Of a stretch of 33,178 nt of DNA, positions 19,475 through 30,200 are shown piece after piece (the first letter of the stretch is position 1; the number at the start of each line of letters is the position of its first letter). Position numbers and translations under genes: made by a program. The notes below the pieces were generated by a model that made no database searches, had not been told where the DNA came from, and was given only the letters and a program-made list of their open reading frames with translations. The DNA comes from Chrysochromulina tobinii (Eukaryota), in the NCBI GenBank assembly GCA_001275005.1, contig JWZX01002901.1, positions 1 through 33,178 of the forward strand. Direction: 5' to 3'.

Positions 19475-20653
19475 TTGCCGGGATTCTGCCGCAAGACCCA
19501 GGATAACGACGACAGCGACTGCGACGCTGATGACAACGGCTCCTGGAGCATTTTGAATGCCACGAGCTGGTCGCAGCTTCGTGCCGAGTGCGTGCGCCGC
19601 TGCAAATTATGCCGGCAGTGTAAGTACATCTCATACTCGTTGACCTACCACGATTGCTCGTGGTACACGGACTGCAATCTCGACAAATTGCAAACCAAGG
19701 GGGTGCCGACAATGGATATGCGTACAGAGATGATGGTGGACAATGTGGCCGCCGGGGTGACTCCTGCGCGCAGCGGCAGCAGGAAGCTTCGTCCGTCGCA
19801 GTTGCTGCCGACATTGGAGTGGGCGCAGATGCTTGCCGCAGCCGTGGCGCGCCGTCGGCCCCGCTTGAGCCCACCGCTCCTCATGCAGATCGGCGCCAAC
19901 GATCACTCCCAGGACGCTGATGGCGGCGACGTCGCCCCCCAGCTGCTCGCCTTGGGTGGCGTAGGCGGCCGTGGTCGTGGAGGATGGCGAGGCGTGCTGG
20001 TCGAGCCGATGCCCGCGACCTTCGAACGTCTGCAGGAGCGATACCGCGCCCACGACGGCGTGCGCTGCGTGAGGGCAATATCCGCGGCCCTGTGCCGTAA
20101 GAGACGACGATCTGAAGGCGTTGAGTTTTGGGGCATCGACGTGTCGAATGCGACGGGCCTGTGGGGAAGCCTGCACGCAGACGCGCGGTGTGCTCTCGGG
20201 GATGCGGAGGCCGGATACGTGACGGAGCTCTCGTCGCTCGCAAAGGCCCACGTGCTCTTTCAGCTCGGCGCGCTCGACACACCACCGCTCTCGACGCGTG
20301 TGTGTGCGCGATGCGCCACGAAACTCGGGAGGGCAGAGCTCGCCAACAGCCACTGCCTGCGCAGCATCGACGAGGCGCTGAGGCGCGTCTACGTACCATG
20401 CCTCGACTGGCAGCAAGCGCTCCAGTCGGAGCCTGCCATTCATTTACTGCTGATCGACGCCGAGGGCTTTGATGACGAAGTGCTCGACCACTTCCCCTTT
20501 TCTTCGATGGGCTCTCAGTATGGGCCTCACGGCGGCCGCAGTGGCCTTGGCGTCGGCAGCCGTGTCCTAGCGGACGAGGCCCATGGCTACGCTGCCGTAT
20601 TCCGGCCCATCCCCTTGCCACGTGGCGGGTGGTCTTTGAGGCGGCACGCATGA
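19475..20653 (+). CDS. Cys-rich PAN/apple-like domain fused to an FkbM-like methyltransferase; both ends uncertain, possibly degenerate
   Basis: CVRRCKLCRQCKYISYS...DCSWYTDC; then MQIGAND, WRGVLVEP...FERLQERY and LLLIDAEGFDDEVL. Confidence 0.65.
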   Translation: MPGFCRKTQDNDDSDCDADDNGSWSILNATSWSQLRAECVRRCKLCRQCKYISYSLTYHDCSWYTDCNLDKLQTKGVPTMDMRTEMMVDNVAAGVTPARSGSRKLRPSQLLPTLEWAQMLAAAVARRRPRLSPPLLMQIGANDHSQDADGGDVAPQLLALGGVGGRGRGGWRGVLVEPMPATFERLQERYRAHDGVRCVRAISAALCRKRRRSEGVEFWGIDVSNATGLWGSLHADARCALGDAEAGYVTELSSLAKAHVLFQLGALDTPPLSTRVCARCATKLGRAELANSHCLRSIDEALRRVYVPCLDWQQALQSEPAIHLLLIDAEGFDDEVLDHFPFSSMGSQYGPHGGRSGLGVGSRVLADEAHGYAAVFRPIPLPRGGWSLRRHA

Positions 20654-21861
20654 CGCGGGAGCGTTTCGCGAGAGCGGCGGCACGTCTGCTGAGCGCTGGC
20701 TACCGATCGATCAGCGGCGGCTACGGGTCGATGCAGTCGGTGTGGCACCTTCTCAACTCGTCCGAGACAACCATCCTCGGCCAATGAGTGCGCCATCCGT
20801 TCATGTTGAGAACTGCGGGACTTCGAGAAAGATTCAAACGCCAGCAACGGCGTGTTGGCCCTCGTCGCATCCGATCGATGACAGCGCACGGGTCGTCCGC
20901 CCACCTACGCGCTTACGCTTTAGCCGTTGGCGTTGCCCGCGCCCGTCGCCACACTGTCGTGGCGCGAGCCCGGCGAATACTATAGTCTGCTCCCCTCGTA
21001 CCGCGCCGTCCTGAGCGTCGTCCTGCTCCTTGTCTCCTGAATTGATGAGCCCTCGCGCCGTGGTGCGCGGGCGCGCGTGGCTCGAGCCGCTCACGCCGAA
21101 GTCATGCAAGGCCGTGTATCGCGTCGAGATCGAGGTGCGTCGAGCGTGGCGGCGGCGACGGCTAGTGTCGGCCAGTCGGCGGCAGCCCCGCGGGCCCCAG
21201 CCCTAAGCGCTAAGCTACGCTACGCATACCGTACGGTAGCGACGCGCGATATCGTTATCGAATCTTATGCCAATCGTCCGATTACGTAAATCGGAATTGT
21301 TTCCGTTTTCCGAATGTATCGACTTGAAATCAGCTTGATAAGATACCGTACCGCCGGCGGTATTGCGCGCGCCCCAGCCCGGTTCGCCGGTCCGTCGCGC
21401 GGTCGGCGCCCGCGGTACCGCGATACATTCCGGTAACGCGGTGTACCGGGTACAAGTTGTTCGGTCTAACCCGTAACTGAGACCAAGATGCCGAAACTAT
21501 CCGTCTAGATACCTCATGGTTGGTGGTAATCGTAATGGCACGCGCATGGATGGTGCTCGCACGGCGAAAGAAGAGAAGAAACCAGAGCGCATGCACAACG
21601 CATGGTGCTGTGCTGAGCAACTTCTCTCACCCCCCATACATGGTAGATCCTAGTGGCATTGCGACATGGCCTCCATGGCCCCGTTGCTGCTCGGTGTGGT
21701 GATGCGATCGCTATGCTGATGCGATGGGTCATGGCATGCGCTGTGTCCCATATCATGCGTCACGGTATGGTGTGTAGCTTTCCCAATGGGCAGATCACCC
21801 CCCAAAATGTATGTGTTGCCTTCGCCTTCGGTGCCTGGCCTGGACGGGGGCACGCGGTGGC

Positions 21862-22629
21862 TCAGAAGGGCACCTGCTGCTGTGCGGCGAACTTTTGGAT
21901 CCATTTGCGCAGCTGGCACGGCTCGACGCCGGGGTAGCGCGAGCACGTGGGCTTGATGCGCGCGCCTTCGGGGCAGCGCATCGCCTCACGGACTACCTGC
22001 TCCTTGAAGTCGTCGTCGTAGCGCGCGCGCTTGGAGCCCAGCTTGGAGGCCTTGGAGGCCTTGGGCGCGCTGCCGATGCCGCTATTGCAGCTCGTGCTGC
22101 TCAGGCTGCGGGTGCTGGGCAGGATCGCGCCGTTGCTGATGGAGGCGATCTGCGCTTGCTGCGGCCGATGCTCGGTCACGCTGTGGTAGGCGGGGCGCTT
22201 GCCGAGCACGGTGCCGACGACGGGGGTCTTGGCAATCTTGGACGCAATGCTGTCATACGCGTTGTCGCGCAGCGCTGCCACCGACCGGCCGACAAAGCGC
22301 GCCGGCTTGGGCGACGGCACAGGCACGGGCGAGTGCAACAGCGACGGCATCAGGGGCAGGGAGCCGAAGATGACGGGTTGGGCCATGTGGACTGGCATGG
22401 TCCACGTAAAGGGCCCCGGCACGTACATCGGCGGCGGCGGCTTTAAGCGCGCCTCCTGCTCCTGGTGGGCTGCGGCAGATGCAGACAGGAGAGCCCGGAT
22501 GGCGACGTCCTCGCTCGCCGACAGGCTGGCCAATGCGGACGCGGTGCTTTCGCTGGGGATGTCACCGGGGGCGAGCGGAGGCATCGGCACCATCGGGAGG
22601 GCGTTATACGCGAGATACGTGGCCGTCAT
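21862..22629 (-). CDS. Pro-rich protein with a C-terminal helix-turn-helix (Brinker/transposase-like) domain; putative transcription factor
   Basis: KRARYDDDFKEQVVREA...IKPTCSRYPGVEPCQLRKWIQKF fits the R-x-Y-x3-F-K...R-x-W HTH pattern; first ATG at 22629. Confidence 0.65.
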   Translation of the reverse strand: MTATYLAYNALPMVPMPPLAPGDIPSESTASALASLSASEDVAIRALLSASAAAHQEQEARLKPPPPMYVPGPFTWTMPVHMAQPVIFGSLPLMPSLLHSPVPVPSPKPARFVGRSVAALRDNAYDSIASKIAKTPVVGTVLGKRPAYHSVTEHRPQQAQIASISNGAILPSTRSLSSTSCNSGIGSAPKASKASKLGSKRARYDDDFKEQVVREAMRCPEGARIKPTCSRYPGVEPCQLRKWIQKFAAQQQVPF

Positions 22630-22832
22630 GGGGTACGTGCACGTCAGGCGTCCAACGCGTGAGACCACTTGCTCCCCCGGGGAGCAGTGTCTAGAACCAA
22701 ATAAACAGGTTTCCTGAGATTCCTCTTCATCACATAATGAAATCTCGATATGAATCCCGTCGGATTCCCTATTCGTTGCAAACGTCGAAAAGGCGCCGCG
22801 GCGCCTGGCAGCTCTTAATCCGTCGCCTCGGC

Positions 22833-25800
22833 TCACCCTAGCTTCGGTCGAGTGCCGAGGCTGGTGCTGATGTTCATGGCGGCGAGCTCATTGCTCAGGT
22901 ACTGGAAGACGTAGGGGATGGTGAGCACATCCACTTCGCCCTTCCCCTCGCCGCACTGGCGGCACTGGGGCGCGCCGCGCGAGCCGCCGCTGTCGGCCGG
23001 CGTCATCATGGGTCCGAGGAGCGAGCCGCACTTGGCGCACACGAGGGTTTTGGCCTCATCCGAGCCGTGAAGCAGACGTTCCTGCACGATGAAGGACGTG
23101 CCGTGCGCGAGGAGTGCATCTCGTTCCATCTCGCCCAGCCGGATGCCGCCGTGCACCTTGCGCCCGTGGATCGGCTGCTTCGTCAACGGCTGGATCGGGC
23201 CCTTGGCGCGCACCTGATGAGGGAGGCAATCAATGGCCATCAATGGCAATCAATGGACTGCAAAGGGAGGAGCGTCGCGGCGAGCAGGGAGCGCCATCGC
23301 ACCTGATGAGGGAGGCAATCAATGGCAATCACTCGCAATCCATGGACTGCAAAGGGAGGAGCGTCGCGGCGAGCAGGGAGCGCCATCGCACCTGATGAGG
23401 GAGGCAATCCATCGCAATCACTCGCAATCCATGGACTGCAGGCACGCCGCGAGGGCCCCTTGGGCGCGCACCTGATCCTTGTCCGAGACCATGTGGCGGA
23501 GCCGTTGGTAGTAGACGATCCCCACAAAGATTTGCACCTCCATCTCCGTGCCGTACAGGCCCGAGTACATGGGCTCGGTCCCGTGGTATGCGTAGCCGCA
23601 AGCCCGCAGCTGCTCGCCAAAGTAGTCGACGGCGCGGTGCTTCTCCGAGAACCGGAAGGGAGTGGCCTCCTGCGCAACGCCGTGGCACGCGCCCGCCTTG
23701 CCCGCCATCGACTCGAGCAGCATGCCGATGGTCATGCGGGAGGGGAAGCCGTGCGGGTTGAAGAGGATGTCGGGCTGTAGCCCGGATTCTGTGAAGGGCA
23801 TGTTCTCGGCGGGCCAGAGGCGAGACATGACGCCCTTTTGGCCGTGCCGGCTGGCGAACTTGTCGCCCGGGATCGGGTTGCGGTTGATACGCAGCTTGAT
23901 CGTGGCCTTCTCGCACGGGGTGCCCTGCCCTTCGCCTCCGATGAGCCGAATCTCCTCCACGTAGACGTCCTCGCTCGTCTTCTTGTGCCGCTTGAGCATG
24001 TGTCGGCCGGTCGACTCGTCCACAATGGCGCAGAGCGGCTCGCCGTGCTTGACGAGCTGCCCGATGGCAGGGAAGCCATCCGGGCCGAGGGTGGGCTCGT
24101 ATAGGCGCGGGCCGCTCTGCCGGAGCAGCTCGTCGTTGTGATCGGTCCCCGCGGGCGGCGTGGGTGGCCCGTTAGGCTCGAGTGTGTTGCCGAAGCGGTG
24201 CGTGAGCGGCTCGCCCGGCCGTCGCATCTCGCGCAGATCGATGGTCACGTTGAGGTACACGGAGCCGTGCCCGAAGCCGCGCTCGTACGACATCTTGTTG
24301 ATGCACATCGCATCCTCCATGTCGTACCCCGTGTATGAGATGACGGCGACCACCGCGTTCGCTCCGTTCGGGTACTCGTCGAGGGCGTACTCGTCGTATG
24401 AGCGGTTGCGCACGATCGGCGATTGCGGCGTCTGCAGCTTATACACCTTCGTGTCGACGCGGTGCGGATGATTCTGGTACGGCGTGCCCATTGTCTGCTT
24501 GCCCATCTGGCACTGGTACATGTTGCGCGGCGACTGGTTGAAGTCGCAAAAGGGGGTGAGTGACGAGACGACCGAGAAGAGCTGCGTGGGGTCGAGCTCG
24601 TAGTGCGAGGTGATCTTGGGCTTGTAGTCCTCGATCGCGTACGCGATGCGCAGCGTGGTCTGCTCCAGTGGCCCGATGAGCTCCGTCGCCCCGAGCCAAG
24701 CGTTCTGAACGGGCCGTAGGAAGCGAGCGGCCGTTGACGCGAGGAAGAGAGCGGGCCACGTACCTCCCTTGGTCGCACTCACGAGCGCGACTTCGAGGGA
24801 GGCGAGCGTGCGCTGCAGCAGCGCGCTCGCCGCCGCGGCCGCGCTGCCGGCGCCGCCCTCGTCGGCGCCATCGCCGCCGCCGCCGCCCTCGTCGAGCTGA
24901 CCGATCGCGGAGGCGCAGCGCAGCTTATGTCGCCGGAGCGCTGCCGTGAGCTCTTGTGCGGCGTCCACGTGCACGCGTCCAATGAGCATCGCATCCAGAA
25001 GGATGGGCAGGTATGAAGCGGAGGGGAGTGTGGCACCCAAGGGCAGCAGCACCGCGCCCGCGCCCGCGAGGGTCGGAGCGAGCGCGGCGAGCACTTCTGA
25101 CCGATCGGATGCATGCTGCACGACCGAGCAGTTGCGCGAGAGATGGTTGAGCAGTCCACAGGGTGAGCCGTCCGGGGTGTGCACCGGGCACAAGAAGCCC
25201 CACGAGTCGGGCAGCAGCTTGCGCACGGTCGTGGTGCGCAGCTGGGTGAAGAAGGCCCCGCGATGGATGGAGCGAAAGTGCGAGATGTACCGCCAGAAAT
25301 TGAGTCTCTCCGCCACGATGGTGAAGCCCGCGGTCTGCTGAAGGTCGAGGCCCGTCTCGGACACGAGGTTCCCGGTGGCTAGGAAGTACTCAAGCTTCCG
25401 CCCGAGGTCATGCCGGCTTGCCGCCTTCTCGATGGTCGTCCGAAGCCACTTGTCATCGCTAAAGGAGGGCAGCGGCGCCTCCTTGTCCTTGGGGTTGCGC
25501 AGCTCGCGCTCCACCGCAGTCTTGATGTCTTGAAGCATGACGCTCAGCCTCTCCTTGCAGATCATCGCCCAGATCTGTCCTGGGAGGAGCACCTCCTGGT
25601 GGACGAGCGAGTCCGGGTTGTCCTGCGAGATCCGGCGCGCGCCGAGCGCGTACAGCTTCTGCAGCATCAGCACGAGGAGGTCCCACTTGGAAGAGAGACC
25701 ATCCGACGGCAGGTGCACGAATATGTGCCGGCGCAGCAGCAACTCCCCCGCCTCGACGGCGTTTGTGCGCTCCGAGGGGCGTAGCAGGTGACGGAACCGG

Positions 25801-26768
25801 TGGCCGAGGAAGGCGAGGCATTGGCGCTGCGAGAGCAGCGGCGTGTCGTACGCCGTGTGGTGCTCGCGCAGCATCTTCTGAATCCGGTCGCTCACGTACG
25901 AGTCTGACTCGTCACCGCCGAGTACGCGCGCGTAGATCTCGGCGTCGGAGCACTCGCGAAGCGCCTTGAGGAGCAGCACGACCGGCACGAAGAACTCCTG
26001 CTTCTGGATCGTCAAGCGCAGCGTCGCGCCGCCCGTCGTGAGCAGGTGCAGCCCCACTGTCTGTGAAGAGCCGTCGGGACGCACGCAACGGATCGACACG
26101 GCGTCGGCAGAGTAGTCGGCGCCGCGGTTCTTGAACGACGAGCGTGTGATGGCCATCGGGTGGTTGCGCCGCGGCGCGATCAGCAGCCGGATCGCGCGCT
26201 CGTTGCCGTTGCAGATGAAGTAGCCGCCATTCTCGCCCATCTCTTCGTGCTTCGCCGCCAGCTGCTTTCCCTTGAGACCATGCAAGTGGCAGAGCTTCGA
26301 GCGCACCATGATCGGCATGAGGCCGAGGCGCACCTCGATGCGCTCCGGGTCGCCCTCGCCCACCTGCACGCAGAACACCGCGCGGCACGGGCCCTTGTAC
26401 GTGCACGCGCGCTCGCGGCACTCGGCTGGGTAGAGTGGCCGAGCTGAGTCGAGCGAGCCTTGCTCACGCTTCTCGGGCTTGGCGATGGTCATCCGCTCGA
26501 GCCATACGCGCAGCCTAGGGCCGCCCGACGGGTGCTCCACCTCCTGCGCCTCGAGCCCGGCAATGCACCGGCGCAGGCCCTCGGTCAGGAAGTGGTCGAA
26601 CGAGTCCACGTGCGGCGCGAACAGATCCTTGAGCCGCTGGCGGGCCGCCGCAGGCGCAGGTTTGGAGGTGACGTTGCGAAAGGGTGGCGGCGGAGCCACC
26701 GCGGCGGTCGACGCCACAGTCGACAACCGGGCTGACATCGAGTCCGCAGTCCGCATGGCGGCCTCCAT
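22833..26768 (-). CDS. RPA2: DNA-directed RNA polymerase I second-largest subunit; exons 26768-23472 and 23213-22833
   Basis: GGYFICNGNER, HFRSIHRGAFF, WGFLCPVHTPDGSPCGLLNHL, NQSPRNMYQCQMGKQ, YTGYDMEDA, GDKFASRHGQKG, NPHGFPSRMTIG, GEMERD and a C-terminal Zn ribbon. The variants are Pol I type. Confidence 0.96.
23214..23471 (-). other. 258-nt intron of RPA2 made of three GT-AG units (80, 89 and 89 nt)
   Basis: Removal joins HMVSDKDQ to VRAKGPIQPLTKQP, which restores the conserved RPA2 sequence. Confidence 0.92.
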
Positions 26769-27204
26769 GGACTGCGGAGGCGTACACGAGGATCAAAACC
26801 CCGACAATCGTCCGCGAAGAGATCGACGTCGACAACCCCCGACCGACGCCCGCGGTGAAGCGAATTCACACAAACCAGCTTTTACGTTCGGCATTCCATA
26901 CGCCCTCTGTTCAACAAGTACATGTACATGTACTTGTACGTGTATGAAGGAACCTACCTCCCCCAAAATGTCGTCAACCTCCGTAAAGCTCCGATGATTC
27001 CTGGCATGCTCTGCAGTTTGTTGGCGTTGAAATTGACAAACCCTCACGCCCAATCTCGGTCGCCCAACGTTTCAAAACAAACGGCCCCGAGATCGGCCAC
27101 GTGACCGCGAAACCACACTCCGTTTGTGTTTCGCATCGCGAAGGCCTCTGTACCAAGAGGTGCTCTGGGCCTGAGCTCAGGGAACCCGCCCGCCCGCTCC
27201 GCAC

Positions 27205-30200
27205 ATGCAGGCGGCGACGAACAAGAAACCCGGGGAGGGGGAGAAGCGGAAGTTATATCTTCAACATGACCGCGTGGCGTGCTTCTTCGAAGATCTCGGC
27301 TGGTGCCTGGGGACGGTGGTGATGCGCGAGAACAACGGCCGGTACGTCGTGCTCTTTGATGATGGGACCACGGAGAAAGACATCATGTTCAGCGAGCTCA
27401 AGGATGCGGTCGACGCGCGTCCGAATGAAGCGGCGGCGGCGGGCCAGTCCGCCCCAGATGCCTCCGATGGCACGAACCGCAAGGACCTTCCGCCCGGCTG
27501 GAGGCTAAGCAAGTCGCTCCAAAACCTGAGGCAGTACACCAACGGCGAGCTCAAGGCGTACACGATCAAGGCGGCATGGGAGCTTCACGATTCGTCGTCG
27601 CAGCCGGCCGGGGCCAAGGCCTCCGCGGCGTCGCGGATCGGTCTTCAACCGCTTCCCGGCATCGAACCCGACACCGACGCAGTGTTCAAGGTGGGCGAGC
27701 GTGTGGTCGTGTGGTTTGAGGATGCGGGCTGGTACGCGGGAATGGTGGTCGGCGTCAGCTCGCAGCACCTTACACGTCGGCGATACTCGGTGAGCTTCGA
27801 CGACGGCGACTACCGGACCGACGTGACGCCCCTCGAGATGCTGCTGGAGAGCCAGATGAATGAAGAGACGCCGCATACTCACCCTGTGATCGAGCAGCAC
27901 GTCCATCAGGAGCTGGAGGAGGAGAAGTACGCGCTGGTGGTGGGCCACCGCGTGAGCGCGTGCGACTGCCGAGGCCATTGGTGCGAGGCACGTTTGCTTG
28001 ACATGCGCACAGAGCACTCCGCGCGCCAATTCCTGGTCCACTTTATAGGGTGGAAGTCGCGCTATGACGAGTGGATCGACGCGGGCAAGGGGCGTCTCGT
28101 CCCGATGCCTGTGGGCACCAACGCGGAGGTGGGCGACCAGCTGCAGGCGCGCGACCCGCAAGGCAAGTGGGCCGATGCGCGCGTCCTCGAGGTGCGCGAG
28201 AACCCCAAGTCGGCCCTTCAGAAGGAGCTCAAGGTGCATTACGTCGGCTTCCACTCGCGCTATGACGAGTGGATCACCGCGGACGCAGGACGGCTGCGCA
28301 AATGGCGCGGGCCCCTGGGCTCCATGGCCTTGGCGGCGCCCGCGATGGCGCCCGCGACGGCGCCCGCGCGCAACGAGCCCAAGCGGGAGGCCAAGCACGG
28401 GGCCAAGCGGGAGCCCAAGGAGGTGGCGCAGCCGCCCGATAAAAAGGCGCACAAGGCTTCCCATCTCACCACTCTGGTTCTCGGGGCGAATCCTGGGGCG
28501 AATCTCGGGGCGAATCTCGGGGCGAATCTCGGGGCGAATCCCGGGGCGAATCCCGGGGCGAATCCCGGGGCGAATCTCGGGGCGAATCTCGGGGCGAATC
28601 TCGGGGCGAATCTCGGGGCGAATCTGGGGGGGTCGTCGGCCGCGGCGCCGGCCGCGCCGCTGAGCCCCGCCTCAGGCACCTCGTCGCACGCGAAGCGCCT
28701 CGGGGTGCGCCCGGAGCGCCGTGATGAGCGCCCGGAGCCGTTACGCGAGACGCGTCACTCAATTGGCGTAGCGGATCTCAGCAGCCAACCACTCGATGCG
28801 TTGCCCATCCCACCCCCGAAGGCCACCGTCCGCTCCGCCAAGCCGCCCCCCCTCGCCGCCGGGTCGAAGCGCCCCGCGCCCGCTGCTGGCAAGGAGCGAG
28901 CCGGGTACGATCGTAGCGGGTACGATCCAGACGCATCGCACCACGAGCCTCTCCCCCTCAAAAAGCGCCGTGAGGAGCGCCCCAGGGAGTCGCCGCCCGA
29001 ATCGCTCTCGGCGGCGATGCAGGCGGAGCATCGACTCGCCCACGACAACGCGGATTCACCCACAGTGGGCGCCGTCGCGGCACAGCGGCTCCTCTTGTTC
29101 GCACAGGCGGCGTGCTCCTTGCAGGCCGTCGCCGGCGGGAGCGGCGCCGACGCCTCGTCGTACAGCTCAGGGCCTGCGACGGCCGCGGCGCTCGCGCTGC
29201 CTGAGCAGCTTCAACGACTGAGGGCGCAACTGCAATGCCCGGTGTGCGCTCGCGTGTTTGAGAAGCCGAACGCGCTGCCCTGCCAGCACATTTATTGCGA
29301 GGGGTGCATCAAGAACGTTATGGACGCCACCAGCCCGAATGCGCAGTGCCTCGTGTGCCGATTCCCCTTCTTTCGGCGTGACGTGAAGCCAAGCCCTGTC
29401 CTTGAGGGCGTCGTACGCGCCTATGAGGGTCTCTTCGAGCAGCACTTGGCCACCATGAAAACAGACAGCGCTCAAGACAGCGCCTCGGCGGCGGCGAAAA
29501 CGGCAGCGGCAACGGCGAGGAACGTGCCGCCAGTTGCCATGAGCTCGGAGGCGGCGGCGACGGGCCCGGTGGCGCCGGCCGACCACGCTGAACTGAACAA
29601 GCTCTCCCCCCGGGACGACATGCACCTTGATCCCCCTGGACAAGGGAGCGTCGGTGTCATTGTCCATGGCGGGGCCCGCCTTGATCCTTCCGCGGAAATG
29701 ACACCGACTCGAGCGGGAGAAGCAGCAGCATTTGAAGTGGCATCGACTCGAGCGGGAGAAGCAGCAGCATTTGAAGTGGCATCGACTCGAGAGGGAGAAG
29801 CAGCAGCATTTGAAGTGGCATCGACTCGAGCGGGAGAAGCAGCAGCATTTCGAGCACCGGTACCGGCGCCACCGGTGACTATCTTGGAGACTATCTCGGT
29901 ACCAGCACCGGTACCGGCGCCACCGGTGACTATCTCGGAGACTATCTCGGTACCAGCACCGGTACCGGCGCCACCGGTGACTATCTCGGAGACTATCTCG
30001 GAGACTATCTCGGAGACTATCTCGGTACCAGCACCGGTACCGGCGCTGGCACAGGTGGCGACGGCGATGAGCTCGACGATGACGGGCTCTGCCTCCTTAG
30101 GCAGCGCTTTGCGGGCGTCGGTGGCGAGTCCTCACGGATCGGCCACGGCGGTGGAGGCGGCGGAGCACGGATCGGCCACGGCGGTGGAGGCGGCGGAGCA

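Noticed and set aside
20654..21790. ORFs and short palindromes in a long intergenic region
   Set aside because: No protein motif or RNA gene structure that I can support.
23214..23400. CTGATGAG repeats as hammerhead ribozymes or a CRISPR array
   Set aside because: There is no GAAA core with flanking stems and the spacers are identical. On the minus strand these are intron acceptors.
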